Shown here: positions 10,641 to 21,266 of the stretch, one piece after another
Position numbering within the stretch: the stretch's first letter is position 1
How the letters are laid out: each line of letters opens with the position of its first letter
Assembly (NCBI GenBank): GCA_963705305.1
Contig: OY970067.1
Location: 1,312,001-1,376,000, forward strand
Direction: 5' to 3'
Length of the DNA stretch: 64,000 nucleotides
Source: an uncultured Methylomirabilota bacterium
GTDB lineage: Bacteria; Methylomirabilota; Methylomirabilia; Methylomirabilales; 2-02-FULL-66-22
Made by a program: the position numbers and the translations under genes
The notes under the pieces: generated by a model
Told to the model about the DNA's origin: nothing
The model's database searches: none
The model's input: the letters and a program-made list of their open reading frames with translations, nothing else

Positions 10641-11348
10641 TCAGAACAGCGACAGTTGTGCGGCAGCGACTGGGATGACCAGGGAAGGACGGTGGGGCAC
10701 GATCGGACCCTTGGCCGAGGGTGCCGGCGCGAGGATCTCGCGGTGGTATGGGATAGTGTCGGGGGCGTTCAGCGCGGTGCCGCAGAGCGGGCCCGTGGCC
10801 GGAATTCCGTCGGGAATCACGAGGCAGTCGAGGGGGTTCGGGGTCGGGGTCTCGGCCTGGTATCGCTCGAGGATGGCCCGGATCTCGGCGATGAGCGGCT
10901 CCAGCTTGCCCGCCGTTCGCTTGAGGCACCCGATGCCGATGGGGCTGGACACGTCGACAATTTCAAGCCCCTTGCGCCAGACGATCTGCGCGGGCCAGAC
11001 CAGACGAGACCGACACATGGGGCAGCGGGCGTTCTCGCGGAAACGACTGCGCTCCTGGACAGTGTAATCGAGGCCCTCCGGGGCGAATCGGGCGGAGCTG
11101 ATCCAGAACAGGTCGTCGAGGAAGGCGCTCCCCTTCTCCGTCAGCAGGAGGAAAGCGCCCAACGCGATGAGCTGGTTGGCCGCCTCACGCAGCGCCGTCA
11201 CGATCTCGGGGATGAACAAGCGGCCCTCATGGATCCGTCGTGCGAGGCGGATGAGCCGCTTGGCCTTGGCGGTGAAGAAGCGCTGGTCTCTCGGGCTGGT
11301 GTAGCTCAGAGAACCAGCCTTGGTGTAGGCAGCCAGGTCGATCTGCAT
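10641..11348 (-). CDS. Hypothetical 235-aa protein with CxxC..C and C-terminal QLSLF clamp-binding motif
   Basis: GGAGG RBS before ATG 11348. CPMC...GIGC motif; ends AAAQLSLF-stop. Confidence 0.75.
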   Translation of the reverse strand: MQIDLAAYTKAGSLSYTSPRDQRFFTAKAKRLIRLARRIHEGRLFIPEIVTALREAANQLIALGAFLLLTEKGSAFLDDLFWISSARFAPEGLDYTVQERSRFRENARCPMCRSRLVWPAQIVWRKGLEIVDVSSPIGIGCLKRTAGKLEPLIAEIRAILERYQAETPTPNPLDCLVIPDGIPATGPLCGTALNAPDTIPYHREILAPAPSAKGPIVPHRPSLVIPVAAAQLSLF

Positions 11349-11373
11349 AGAGAGGTCCTCCGTCTTGGCAGGG

Positions 11374-11919
11374 TTAGCGGTCGCGCCCGGCGTACGGATA
11401 GCTATCGGGGTCATCCCGGACGCCGGCGATGTGTTTACAGGGGAGCCGCTTGAAGCGCCAGACCGGACAGGAACACTGCCACTCGCCCTGGGCAGTCTGG
11501 GAGACAGTCCAGGTCTTGTCCCCGGAGGAGCGCGGCACGGAGTAGCGGGCCTGGTACCGATCCTGAGCGACGCCGAGTAGGGCAGGAAAGAGCTTTCGCT
11601 CGATGTCGGTGGCGGTGATCGTGGTGGTGGTTTCATCCCGCAGGCGAGCCGAGAGAAGCCGGCTGAGCAGGGTCCGCTGCCCGGCAGCCTGCGTTTCGGC
11701 CGCGGCAACCCCGGCCTGCGTGGACGTGCGGAGGTAGTGGGAGAGAATGACCTCAGCAGCACGGCCAAAGGGGGATACGGCATCGAGGCCCGCCTCGGGG
11801 GTCCGGCAGCCGGACGGGAGGGCGAGCACGATCTGGCGGACTCCATTCCCGCAGACCGTGATCCGCTCGATGCCGGTACCGGGGTTCTTGGTGATGTGGT
11901 AGACGAGAACAGTGGACAT
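11374..11919 (-). CDS. SWIM zinc-finger protein
   Basis: C-terminal WQCSCPVWRFKRLPCKHI matches SWIM CxCxnCxH. Confidence 0.8.
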   Translation of the reverse strand: MSTVLVYHITKNPGTGIERITVCGNGVRQIVLALPSGCRTPEAGLDAVSPFGRAAEVILSHYLRTSTQAGVAAAETQAAGQRTLLSRLLSARLRDETTTTITATDIERKLFPALLGVAQDRYQARYSVPRSSGDKTWTVSQTAQGEWQCSCPVWRFKRLPCKHIAGVRDDPDSYPYAGRDR

Positions 11920-12586
11920 ACGGGCTCCCGGGGAAGAGCAAGCTCCCGCCGAAGGGTGAGTGGTTGAAGAGGCATGACGTGTGGCGCGTGTGCAAAGGAG
12001 GAAACGTGGGGAATTTCACCGGAGGCAGCGGCCATTCGCTCAGGGGAGACGAGTTGCGTAGAGTAAGGGGTGGCAGGCAAGACAGTGCGATGTGGGGCTG
12101 GCCGGGGATTAGGCCTGCACGATTCCGCGTGCATTCCGCCCCGAAGTGGAAATCGCCCCCCCCCCTGGAGCGGCTCTTTCCGATCCCCATGGTAGCCTAC
12201 ACCCCCGCGGTATTCCTTGGGGCCGGGCCAGCCGTGCACGCCGCCTCCCACCGGAATATGAGATTCTGAGGGTCAGGCCGCGCCATGGGACCCGGCGCCG
12301 GCTAAGAGGGTTCCCAGTGGGGGTCCTCATCCTGTCGCCCACCTGCTTCGTGGGCCAGGCCCTCACCTGACTGCTCGTCGCGCTCCCCCGCGGCACCTCA
12401 GCCGCCCGCCACTGCCGCGACGTGCTGCCTGGCTGATCATGATGCCGGACCCGACCCACGCCCCAGTCTTAGAGGTCCCGGGCCCCTCGAGAGCCCGAGC
12501 ACCGTAGTGCGTCAGGACAAGCAGGATCCGCATCTCGTCTCGGCGCCCCGGACTTTCTCAAATACTGAGGAAGGGCAAGAGCGTGA

Positions 12587-12609
12587 AACGCCTTGACTTG
12601 TAAGGCGTT
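12587..12609. promoter_or_regulatory. Inverted repeat AACGCCTT-N7-AAGGCGTT overlapping a TTGACT -35-like hexamer upstream of the PHP-ATPase operon
   Basis: Perfect 8-bp inverted repeat read directly; TTGACT at 12593-12598. Confidence 0.45.
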
Positions 12610-12768
12610 CAGGGCGATCCTATCCGGCTAAGAGGACAACAGTCTCGCTGAAAAATATATTGTGGGCGCCCGGTTCCATTTGCGTGCGCTTGTGGCAGGG
12701 AGACATGAGCGCGTCGGTGAGATGACTCGCCAGTAGGAGGTCGGTCGATAGGGGGGGCGATTCAGAGA

Positions 12769-15456
12769 ATGGCAATAACGACGCCTGCCGATTACCTTGC
12801 GAACGCTTTGAGCCTACCGAGCGGTGCCCGCTTCTATCGGTGTGCGCTGCAGGTCAATCCCTATGAGTACATCATCCGCGAGAAGAAGCCGACTCGGTTC
12901 GCGGATGAGGCCAGCTACAATACTGCCCTTGTCGAAGCCTGCAAGCAGCACGATGTTGAGGTGATTGCTGTCACCGACCATTATAACATCCGTAGCGGAG
13001 CTGGACTGTGCCAAGCAGCGCGTGAAGCGGGACTCCTCGTCTTCCCTGGCTTTGAGGCAAAGACAAAAGACGGTGTGCATTTTCTTTGCCTGTTCGACCC
13101 GACTCGTCCGCCAGACATCGTTGACCGGTTCATCGGTGCGTGCGGCATCCAGGAGGAGGTGCCAGGTGCAGCGAGTCGGACACACGACACGCTGGAACTA
13201 CTGGCGGAGGCCCCAAAGTGGCAGGCAATCTGTATCGCGGCGCATGTAGACTTGCCACGAGGCGGTCTCCTTGGCATCCTCAGCGGCCAACCCCGGATCA
13301 ATGCGTGGAAATCCGAGCATTTCTTGGCCTGCTCGCTCCCTGGTCCGGTCAACTCGGCACCCGAAAGCCTGCGGGCGATTCTTGAGAATAAGACGCCTGA
13401 GTATCACCGCGAACGGCCCGTCGCGGTGATCAACGCCCAAGATGTTAATGGCCCCGATGATCTGGCCAAACCGGGCACCACCTGCTGGATCAAGATGTCC
13501 GAAGTCACGGTCGAGGGACTCCGCCAAGCCTTTCTCGACCCTGGATCCCGCATTCGGCTAGTCAGTGATCCGGTGCCTGAGGAACATGCGGAATTCGTGG
13601 CGATTGCGTGGCAGGGAGGTTTCCTTCGCGACGTCGCTGTGCATCTCAACGAGAACCTCAATGTCCTCATCGGTGGCCGCGGAACCGGGAAATCGACGAT
13701 TGTCGAGAGCCTTCGCTATGTGCTCGGTTTGGAACCGATCGGCGACGAAGCCCGGAAGACGCATGACGGAATCGTTCGTCAGGTGCTGAGGAGTGGTACG
13801 AAGATCTCCCTGCTCGTGCGTTCTCATCGGCCCGCAAAGCGGGAGTACGTTATTGAGCGGACTGTTCCGAATCCACCGATCGTTCGAGATCAATCTGGCA
13901 CCGTGCTGCCATTGACGCCCCTCGATGTGGTGCGCCAGGTCGAGGTTTATGGCCAGCATGAGATCTCGGAATTAGCGAGGAGTGCCGAGAAACGCACGCG
14001 GCTACTTGAGCGCTTCAGAGAGCCTGACGCGAGCCTAGTTCAGCGCAAGACCGAACTCCAGCGGGAGCTCGAACGTTCACGGATCCGTCTGCTCGACATC
14101 CTGAAGGAACAGAGCCAGAGCGAGGAGCGCCTTGCGGCCCTTCCAGCGCTCGAGGAAACACTGAAACGGTTCCAGGAGGCGGGGCTCGAGGAGCGACTCA
14201 AAGACCAGAGTCTCCTCGTCCGTGAGGAGCGAGTCCTCAAGACCATTCCTGAGCGAACCGCGCCATTCCGTCGGCTCCTCGAGGCCCTTCGGACAGCACT
14301 TCCCGTCGACCGCGCCTTCCTCTCCGCCGCGGCCCTCGATGATCTGCCCGGCAAGGCGATTCTCGCGGAAGCCGACCGGGTTCTCGAACGATTCAACCGG
14401 GAAATGGAAGATGTCGTGCAGCGCATGGCCCGCGTTCTCGAGACGGCCGATACCGGCATTGGCGAAGTCCGTCAGCGATGGGATACGCGTCGCCTTGAGG
14501 TCCAGGCTGCTTACGACAAGATTCTCCGGGAGCTTCAGAAATCGCGAATCGACGGCGAAGAGTTCATTCGCTTGCGCCGACAGATCGAGGAGTTGCGCCC
14601 CCTGACAGAGCGGCGAGCACTGCTTGAACGTGACCGACAAGAGCAGGACAGGCGTCGCTTGAATCTCCTAGCCGAGTGGGAAGACATTCAAAGGGAAGAG
14701 TTCCGTCAACTCGACTCCGCGGCCCGGAAAGTGAGCCAGCAGCTCAGCGGCCGCGTGCGCGTTCGGGTGAGCTTTGGCGGAAATCGGGACCCGCTCTTCC
14801 GCCTCCTCAAGGAGCAGATCGGCGGTCGACTCGCCGAGGCGATCGAGATTCTCGGTCGACGAGAACAGTTATCTCTTCGGGAACTGGCCTCCGCCACCCG
14901 AGAGGGCCGGGAGAGCCTCGTCCGAAAGTTTGGCCTCTCTCCCGCCGCCTCTGAGCGCCTGGCGCAGGCCGGGCCTGCAGTTGTCATGCAGATCGAGGAG
15001 ACCGAGTTGATTCACACAACCGCCATCGACCTGAATGTCGCCGCAGAGGGACACGACCCGGAGTGGCGGACATTGGAAGAATTGTCGACGGGTCAGAAGG
15101 CGACGGCACTCTTGCTGCTTCTCCTGCTCGAGTCCGACGCCCCTCTCGTAGTAGACCAGCCCGAAGACGATTTGGACAACCGGTTTATCACGGAAGGTGT
15201 TGTCCCGAAGATGCGCGAGGAAAAACGGCGCCGTCAGTTTGTGTTTGCGACACACAATGCCAACGTTCCTGTGTTGGCTGATGCTGAGTTGATTTTGGGC
15301 CTCAGGGCTGCTGGTGAAGGGGCAGAAGGCCGGGCGGAAATCCCGGTGGAGCATATGGCGTCGATTGATTCCCGTAGAGTTCGGGAGTTGGTTGAGGAGA
15401 TCCTGGAGGGCGGGAAGCCTGCCTTCGAGATGCGCCGCCTGAAGTATGGCTTCTAG
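12769..15456 (+). CDS. PHP-domain phosphoesterase fused to an SMC/ABC-type ATPase (TrlF/Ppl-like)
   Basis: N-terminal AVTDHY, GVHFLCLFD and AAH PHP motifs. GGRGTGKS Walker A, coiled coil, LSTGQ signature, VVDQPEDDLDN Walker B/D-loop and ATHNAN. Confidence 0.85.
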   Translation: MAITTPADYLANALSLPSGARFYRCALQVNPYEYIIREKKPTRFADEASYNTALVEACKQHDVEVIAVTDHYNIRSGAGLCQAAREAGLLVFPGFEAKTKDGVHFLCLFDPTRPPDIVDRFIGACGIQEEVPGAASRTHDTLELLAEAPKWQAICIAAHVDLPRGGLLGILSGQPRINAWKSEHFLACSLPGPVNSAPESLRAILENKTPEYHRERPVAVINAQDVNGPDDLAKPGTTCWIKMSEVTVEGLRQAFLDPGSRIRLVSDPVPEEHAEFVAIAWQGGFLRDVAVHLNENLNVLIGGRGTGKSTIVESLRYVLGLEPIGDEARKTHDGIVRQVLRSGTKISLLVRSHRPAKREYVIERTVPNPPIVRDQSGTVLPLTPLDVVRQVEVYGQHEISELARSAEKRTRLLERFREPDASLVQRKTELQRELERSRIRLLDILKEQSQSEERLAALPALEETLKRFQEAGLEERLKDQSLLVREERVLKTIPERTAPFRRLLEALRTALPVDRAFLSAAALDDLPGKAILAEADRVLERFNREMEDVVQRMARVLETADTGIGEVRQRWDTRRLEVQAAYDKILRELQKSRIDGEEFIRLRRQIEELRPLTERRALLERDRQEQDRRRLNLLAEWEDIQREEFRQLDSAARKVSQQLSGRVRVRVSFGGNRDPLFRLLKEQIGGRLAEAIEILGRREQLSLRELASATREGRESLVRKFGLSPAASERLAQAGPAVVMQIEETELIHTTAIDLNVAAEGHDPEWRTLEELSTGQKATALLLLLLLESDAPLVVDQPEDDLDNRFITEGVVPKMREEKRRRQFVFATHNANVPVLADAELILGLRAAGEGAEGRAEIPVEHMASIDSRRVRELVEEILEGGKPAFEMRRLKYGF

Positions 15457-15467
15457 GTAATGCGGGT

Positions 15468-16695
15468 ATGACAAAGACAGACCTCCTCGAAATCATCGCA
15501 AACGGCGAGAGCTCCGGAGTCGAGTTCAAGCGGGACACAATCGACAACCGCGCGCTCGCCAAAGAGCTGGTGGCGTTCAGTAATTTCGAGGGCGGCATGG
15601 TGCTTCTTGGAGTCGAGAAGGATGGCACACTCTCGGGCATTGCCCGGCCGAATCTCGAAGAATGGGTAATGACAGCGTGTCGCGACAAGATTCGACCGGA
15701 GCTGATCCCTTTCTACGAAGTTGTCCGCAACCTTGAACCAGGGAAGGACATTGCTGTCGTTCGGGTCAACCGAGGATGGACAGTCCACCATGTTTGGCAC
15801 GATAATCATCGGACGTATTACATCCGGGTCGGAACCGAGAGCCGTGAGGCCAGCTGGGAGGAGTTGGAGCGGCTAGCGCAACAACGCGGCGGGTTTCGAG
15901 TGGAATTACGACCGGTCTCGGGGTCATCCGTCCGGGACCTGGACCTGCGACGGCTTCGTGATTATTTTACTCGGATCCGACAACAGCCTGCACCCGCCGG
16001 CGAGGATGAGGAGGCCTGGCGGCTTCTCCTTGTGAATACGGAGATTCTCGCCGAGCAAGAGGGGACACTCCCGGCAACCGTTTCTGGGGTTCTGCTCTTC
16101 GGAATCGTTCCCAACCGTTTTCTCCCTCAAGCGGGCATCGATGCGGCGGCCTATCCCGGTACGCAAAGGGATTACGCGACGCGCGAGCGTGCGGCACTTC
16201 GCGGGCCCCTAACGCCTCTCGCTGGAGCTAGCGGCATCGTCGAAAACGGCTTGGTTGAGCAAGCACTAGCCTTTGTGCATCGCAATACACGAGTCGACGC
16301 AGAACTTGAGGGGGGCGCCCGGCGGGTTGAACGACGGGAGTATCCCGATGAGGCCGTGCGGGAGACCCTGGTCAATGCCGTCGTACATCGTGATTATCTG
16401 TTGTCCGGCACGAATATTGAACTCTCGATCTATGAAGATCGGCTAGAAGTCATTTCGCCAGGGCGCCTCCCCAACGGCATCACCCCACTGGGAATGCGCA
16501 TCGGCTCACGGGCATCGCGCAATCAAATACTCAAAGAACGTCATGCGCGACTACGGCTACCTGGAGCATATGGGGATGGGCGTCCCACGTAAGATTGTCA
16601 GGGGAATGCAGGAGCATAACGGGACGGATCCTGATCTTATCGAAGATGGAGAGCGGTTTATCGTTCGCCTGTGGAGTCGCACTCGGCAGTTGTAA
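15468..16695 (+). CDS. Schlafen/AlbA_2 domain plus HATPase_c_4 ATP-binding protein (apparent +1 frameshift at ~16537)
   Basis: GESSGVEFK...LVAFSNFEGG.VLLGV and AVRETLVNAVVHRDY, SPGRLP. Removing one A restores KDVMRDYGYLEHMGMGVPRKI...RLWSRTRQL-stop at 16695. Confidence 0.85.
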
Positions 16696-17002
16696 GATCC
16701 AAGACCGGACGATTCACATTCAATTCATATGCTCCTGGGCGCCGTACTCGCGTCTGACGAAGACGCGAAGTCTCCTTTCGGGCAACGGTCGCCGTGATTG
16801 CTCGGTCCCGCTCAGCGACGCGCCGCCTGCCTTCTCTCCAGATTTCACCCTTGCTGCAACTGAAGCTCGTGGGACCGTACGGGCCATTTGCAGACGACAA
16901 TCGTACGTCAGGACGGAATGAATCCGGGAAGGCTCCGCGAGGACCAGTCACGGGAGGGTCAGGGGACAGATGGCCTGTGAGAAAAAGCGATCTCTGGAGG
17001 GT

Positions 17003-17158
17003 TTAGGGCAGGACCCTGGCGACAGCCATGAGACAGGTTGAAAGAATGGGATGGACGGCAAGGCCCGCCGCTATCCCACCACCAAAAGCGACCCATCCAA
17101 TGACTTCCAGGGCGGTGTCGATGTGGGCACCGGTTTCGTGCTGCACGGTTTTCGCCAT
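17003..17158 (-). CDS. Small (51 aa) hydrophobic hypothetical protein
   Basis: Strong RBS GAAGGAGG before ATG. MAKTVQHETGAHIDTALEVIGWVAFGGGIAAGLAVHPILSTCLMAVARVLP. Upstream extended -10-like TGCTATATT. Confidence 0.6.
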   Translation of the reverse strand: MAKTVQHETGAHIDTALEVIGWVAFGGGIAAGLAVHPILSTCLMAVARVLP

Positions 17159-17810
17159 CGTGGCACCTCCTTCTCCGGTTGTGTTAACACCAAGAAAGCG
17201 GTCGCCAGGGCTACCCTGCCGCGCACGAATGCGTCGTGCCCTAAGCCCTCCAACACAAAATAATATAGCATAGAAGTCTCCACCCCTGGCCAAGGAAAGC
17301 TTGGTTCGCGTAACACATCTGTGCAAAAGCCGATGACATCTCTCGGGCTACTACCACCGTGGAGTGTGGCAGGCTCTCGATATGGCAGACTCTCGACAAA
17401 TGCCAAATGCCTTCGGGTACGAGACTGAACCGTAACGATCGGTCAATTGGAGCGCGCTTAGCCAAGAGAACGGAGTTTCCTGCTGGGTACCTCCGTAATG
17501 CATTGCTCTGCGGTTTGAGCGAATTCGCCATCCGCATCTTTGCGAACACTTCGTCCGCGAGCATCCGACCATGTCCTGCCAGGAAATCCTCGGTACCGCT
17601 CTCGCGGATCCCTCGTAAGGGGGCAGTCAGTGTAATGGATCCCAGTCGCGCCTGCGCGCCGGCACCGGAGTGGAGGAGCCGGGACTCTGGCTCTGAAGGT
17701 CCGGACGCCCACCGGCTCCGGAGGCCATCGTCACCGGGGAAGTGCGAAGAACGGCTGAGCGGGTGCGCCAGGTAGGCTGGGCTCGCCGCTGGCCCCCGCC
17801 CGGTACCGGT

Positions 17811-19232
17811 TTAGGCATTGCCGACGGGAATCTCGACAAGCTGCCCCCACGGGGGCTTCTCGCCATGGTGGTCCTCGGGCACGCACCAGAGCACGGGGAA
17901 GGGAGGCTTCCGGTCGGGGAAGTCGGAATAGAGGTCGGTGAGGGCGATCACGACCTCCGGCACGATCCGATGTTCACGGAGGTAGGTGAAGGCAGGAACG
18001 TGGGAGGTGCCGCCCCCCCCGGTGATTTTGAGTGTGCGCAGGAATGTCGGAATCTCCCGGGTCGAGATGCCCTGGTGGACCTCAACGTCGTGCGTGAGGA
18101 TCAGGGTCTCCTCGGCGTAGGTGTGGAGCTTGGCGACTTCCGCACCGAAGGCCTCCAGCATCGGCCGGGAGATGCTGCCGGAGGCATCGATGAGCACCAC
18201 GATCTGGCCGAGGCGCTCGGAGCGCAGGCTCGGGAGGATGAGGTCGGCCTGCACCAGCCACCGTCGGTTCGGCGGGAAGAGAGCGTAGTCGTCCTTCGCG
18301 AGGACGGTACTGGCATACCGCTGGAGCACCCGCTGCCACGGGACCTTGGCCCGGCGGAGCTGCGCCACGAGCCGGGTGATCCCTGCTGGCAGGGTACCCC
18401 GCTGCTCGGAGGCGGTCCAGGCCTCGTAGGCGGCGACCAGGCGGTCGGCGAGGCGCTCCTGGACATCGGCGGAGACTGGGCTGGGGGTCTGGAGGCAGGT
18501 CTGGCCGGGACGGTAGTGCCCGCTGGACCAGTCGGGGGTGTCGGGGCCATCGCCAGCGCCGTTCGCCTGGCCGGGCTCTCTATTCTTCCCCGATGGCTGC
18601 GACCCCCCGGATGAGATGGCGCCGCCCTCCCCGCCCGTTCCCATCTGGTTCCCACCGCCACTTCCACCCACGGACGAAGGGCTCGCGCAAAGATCCGGCT
18701 CCCGCGTGGGGAGGAGGTCGTACAGTTCTTCCGCGGTGAGGCCCTTGGCCCAGGGGAGGTGGACGAGGTCGAAGACCCCGAGACCCGGCACGGCGACGTG
18801 TGCGGGGCGATCGTAGAGGGGCCGCATCGGACTGCTCGGCATCCAGGCGTGCGCGGGGACCTGGATCTCGTCGAGCATGAGATTGACCACGGCATCCGTG
18901 GCGAGATTCCACCGGTCGTGGTCCCGCGGGCCCTCCCGGAGCGCATGGAGGAAGGCGACGTGACCGACCTCGTGGAGGAGCACGTAGCCGAACTGCCGCG
19001 CGGTGAGGACCCGCGTCCAGTACGGGTTGTACCAGATGCGGTCGATCCCGTTGGTGGCGCCGAAGGTGGGGAGGGTCACGCTCGGCTGGATCCGCATCGG
19101 CAGGATGAGGGTGGCCCAGAAGGCATGGCGGACGATGAAGTCGGCCCGGAGGGCCGAGACCCGCTCGGCCTCATGCACCAGGAGGGTGTCGAAATCAGGA
19201 ACGGCAGGCTGGGGTGCCCTGAGGAGTGCCAT
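17811..19232 (-). CDS. DUF2201-type putative metallopeptidase plus vWA-domain protein
   Basis: LLHEVGH (HExxH), WNLATDAVVN, low-complexity G/S linker, DASGS MIDAS, GGGGT and LTD. Confidence 0.85.
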   Translation of the reverse strand: MALLRAPQPAVPDFDTLLVHEAERVSALRADFIVRHAFWATLILPMRIQPSVTLPTFGATNGIDRIWYNPYWTRVLTARQFGYVLLHEVGHVAFLHALREGPRDHDRWNLATDAVVNLMLDEIQVPAHAWMPSSPMRPLYDRPAHVAVPGLGVFDLVHLPWAKGLTAEELYDLLPTREPDLCASPSSVGGSGGGNQMGTGGEGGAISSGGSQPSGKNREPGQANGAGDGPDTPDWSSGHYRPGQTCLQTPSPVSADVQERLADRLVAAYEAWTASEQRGTLPAGITRLVAQLRRAKVPWQRVLQRYASTVLAKDDYALFPPNRRWLVQADLILPSLRSERLGQIVVLIDASGSISRPMLEAFGAEVAKLHTYAEETLILTHDVEVHQGISTREIPTFLRTLKITGGGGTSHVPAFTYLREHRIVPEVVIALTDLYSDFPDRKPPFPVLWCVPEDHHGEKPPWGQLVEIPVGNA

Positions 19233-19234
19233 GG

Positions 19235-20329
19235 TCAGGCCGCCTGGGCGAGGGCCCCGCCCTGGCTCGCTTGCAGGAGCGCTATGATCCGGGTCCGGAT
19301 CCGCTCGAACACCTTGCTGGTGCTGAGCACCTGGAAGGCCTTGGTATCGGCGATCCCCCGCACGAGGAGGGGGAGGAACTCGGCAGAATACCCCGACGCC
19401 TCCATCAGCGCCAGGAGGTGAGGAGCTTGCGCCGCGGTGAGTCCCCGCGTCCGGAGGAGCTGCACGACCGAGAAGGTGAGTGCGTAGAGGAAGGCGGGGT
19501 CAGCACTCTGGAGGGGTGGGAGCTTCCCCTGGGTGAGGATCGCGTCCACGTCCACCTGGCGGTAGACGGCGTGAAAGGTGGCCCACTCGTTCGCCGCGGC
19601 CTCGCCCACGCAGCCGGCGAGGATCCGCTTCCGGTCCAGCGCAGGGAGGTTCATCCCATCGGCCTGGGCGGCCATCGCCCACGAGCGAGGCGTCGGAAAG
19701 GCGGTCTCCCCTGTCATCTTGAACAGCCCGGGCTCCTTCCGGAAGGCGATGTAGGCGATGATATCGGGACTGAGGTTCTTCTGGGTGGCCCAGTCGATCC
19801 ATGCATCCGCGTCGACCCGCAGCGTGAAGTGGACAAAGCGGTTCCGGAGGGCCGATGACATCGCAACGGCGAGGGCCTCGTCCTCCTCGCGGTTGCCGGC
19901 CGCCATCACCACGGTCCGGGGATGAAAGCGGTGCGGGCCGATTCGCTTCTCAAGGACGATCTGGTAGGCGACGCTCTGGTGGAGGCGGGTGACCGCGGCG
20001 TTGATCTCGTCCAGGAACACCAGGCAGGGCTCATCGCAGGCCACGGTGACCCAGTCGGTGGCGTAGCGAAGCAGGGCCCGATTCTGGTGGTCGGGCACGT
20101 TGATCCCGGCGATCTCAGAAGGATCCTGCTGGGCCAGGCGGACGTCCACAAGGCGGAGCTGCAAGTCGGCGGCGATATCCGCCGCCATCGCGGACTTGCC
20201 GCCACCGGGGCAGCCCAGGACCAGGACCGACAGTCCTTTCGTGAGGCAATGCTGGGTGAGCCGCTTGACGATAGGGTACGGGTACCCTTCCGACACGGGA
20301 AACACGGGGGCGAGGACCGACTTGGCCAT
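19235..20329 (-). CDS. MoxR-like AAA+ ATPase
   Basis: GCPGGGKS Walker A, VFLDEIN Walker B, AAGN sensor, ALRNRF arginine finger and FPTPRSW. Directly upstream of the vWA gene. Confidence 0.88.
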   Translation of the reverse strand: MAKSVLAPVFPVSEGYPYPIVKRLTQHCLTKGLSVLVLGCPGGGKSAMAADIAADLQLRLVDVRLAQQDPSEIAGINVPDHQNRALLRYATDWVTVACDEPCLVFLDEINAAVTRLHQSVAYQIVLEKRIGPHRFHPRTVVMAAGNREEDEALAVAMSSALRNRFVHFTLRVDADAWIDWATQKNLSPDIIAYIAFRKEPGLFKMTGETAFPTPRSWAMAAQADGMNLPALDRKRILAGCVGEAAANEWATFHAVYRQVDVDAILTQGKLPPLQSADPAFLYALTFSVVQLLRTRGLTAAQAPHLLALMEASGYSAEFLPLLVRGIADTKAFQVLSTSKVFERIRTRIIALLQASQGGALAQAA

Positions 20330-20636
20330 GACGAGCTCCTCGGAGAGGGGTCGATGGGGGAGACAGCTACGGCTGGGGCAGCCTGCATTTCATCGCTGTC
20401 CATGCGCCTGCCATACCGGAGGCATGGGGGCACGAAACATGTGAGGGGCATCACCTGTGTTACAGGGGGGAAGGGGATGACGGGCTCCATGCGGTCACCA
20501 ACAACTTCATTAGCGGTGTCGGGGAGAGGTGGCTCCGAGGAGTCGCTCAAGAGGTCCGTCGGTCTGGTATGGTAAGGTCTAGTGCGTGGTTCCCCAAGGC
20601 CGGCAAGGGCTAAGCAGAAGAGATGACGGAGGGAAT

Positions 20637-21266
20637 CTACTCTTCTGCTCGTGCTCGGTTCGAGTCCTTGTTGGTTCTCGGGGGAGGGCAATTCTGGGCT
20701 TTCGGAGGAGACTGTCTCGCTGGATTGAAGGCTAACGTGTAGCGCGTGAGCGGCGGCTGCCGCGCTGACTCTGAAGCCGACATCCCCACCCCGTCCGCAG
20801 GACGTGCTTGTTGGCTACCTTGGATGTCGACCTTCTCAAGCTGCGTGGGCCAGGCGCCCTGGCCGTTACCTCCCTTAAAGAAGACACGTGTATTGGGCTG
20901 TATCGACGAGATGACGAACTCCTGAGTGTACTCGTGTGGCTCGCCGTTCTGTTCGAACACGGTGCGCCTTAACACCCGATCGCCGGGCTTGAGGTTCAGC
21001 TTGCTGATGGCGTCCAAGCTGCGGCGCCGCAGTTCCTCGTCAATCTTGGCAGATGCTACGCGCACGCTATCAGCCACTAAGCTGAGCCCCAGCCGTCGTC
21101 CGAACTCAAGCTGCTTTTCAGTCACAGGCCGGCGACCGTTCCGTTCACCTATCGCGAATGCTACCTCATCCAGGATTCGGGCGGCGGCAACCGATTCGCT
21201 GTCGCCCGAGACGTCCACCCCGAGGGCCTCCGCAATTCGGACCTGTTGTGCTGTCGCCATGAGCAT
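20637..21266 (-). CDS. Hypothetical protein (cassette-like; ORF now reads through the attC site)
   Basis: 209-aa ORF with two similar segments (ATAQQVRIAEALGV / VTEKQLEFGRRLGL). The protein-like part ends near ...WPTQLEKVD just before attC. Confidence 0.65.
   Translation of the reverse strand: MLMATAQQVRIAEALGVDVSGDSESVAAARILDEVAFAIGERNGRRPVTEKQLEFGRRLGLSLVADSVRVASAKIDEELRRRSLDAISKLNLKPGDRVLRRTVFEQNGEPHEYTQEFVISSIQPNTRVFFKGGNGQGAWPTQLEKVDIQGSQQARPADGVGMSASESARQPPLTRYTLAFNPARQSPPKAQNCPPPRTNKDSNRARAEE
20730..20816 (-). repeat. Degenerate integron attC site
   Basis: Minus strand reads AGCCAAC-aa-GCACGT-C-CTGCGG-A-CG ... CG-CCGCTC-ACGCGC-tacac-GTTAGCC, with R''/R' boxes, imperfect arms and extrahelical bases. 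Confidence 0.6.
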
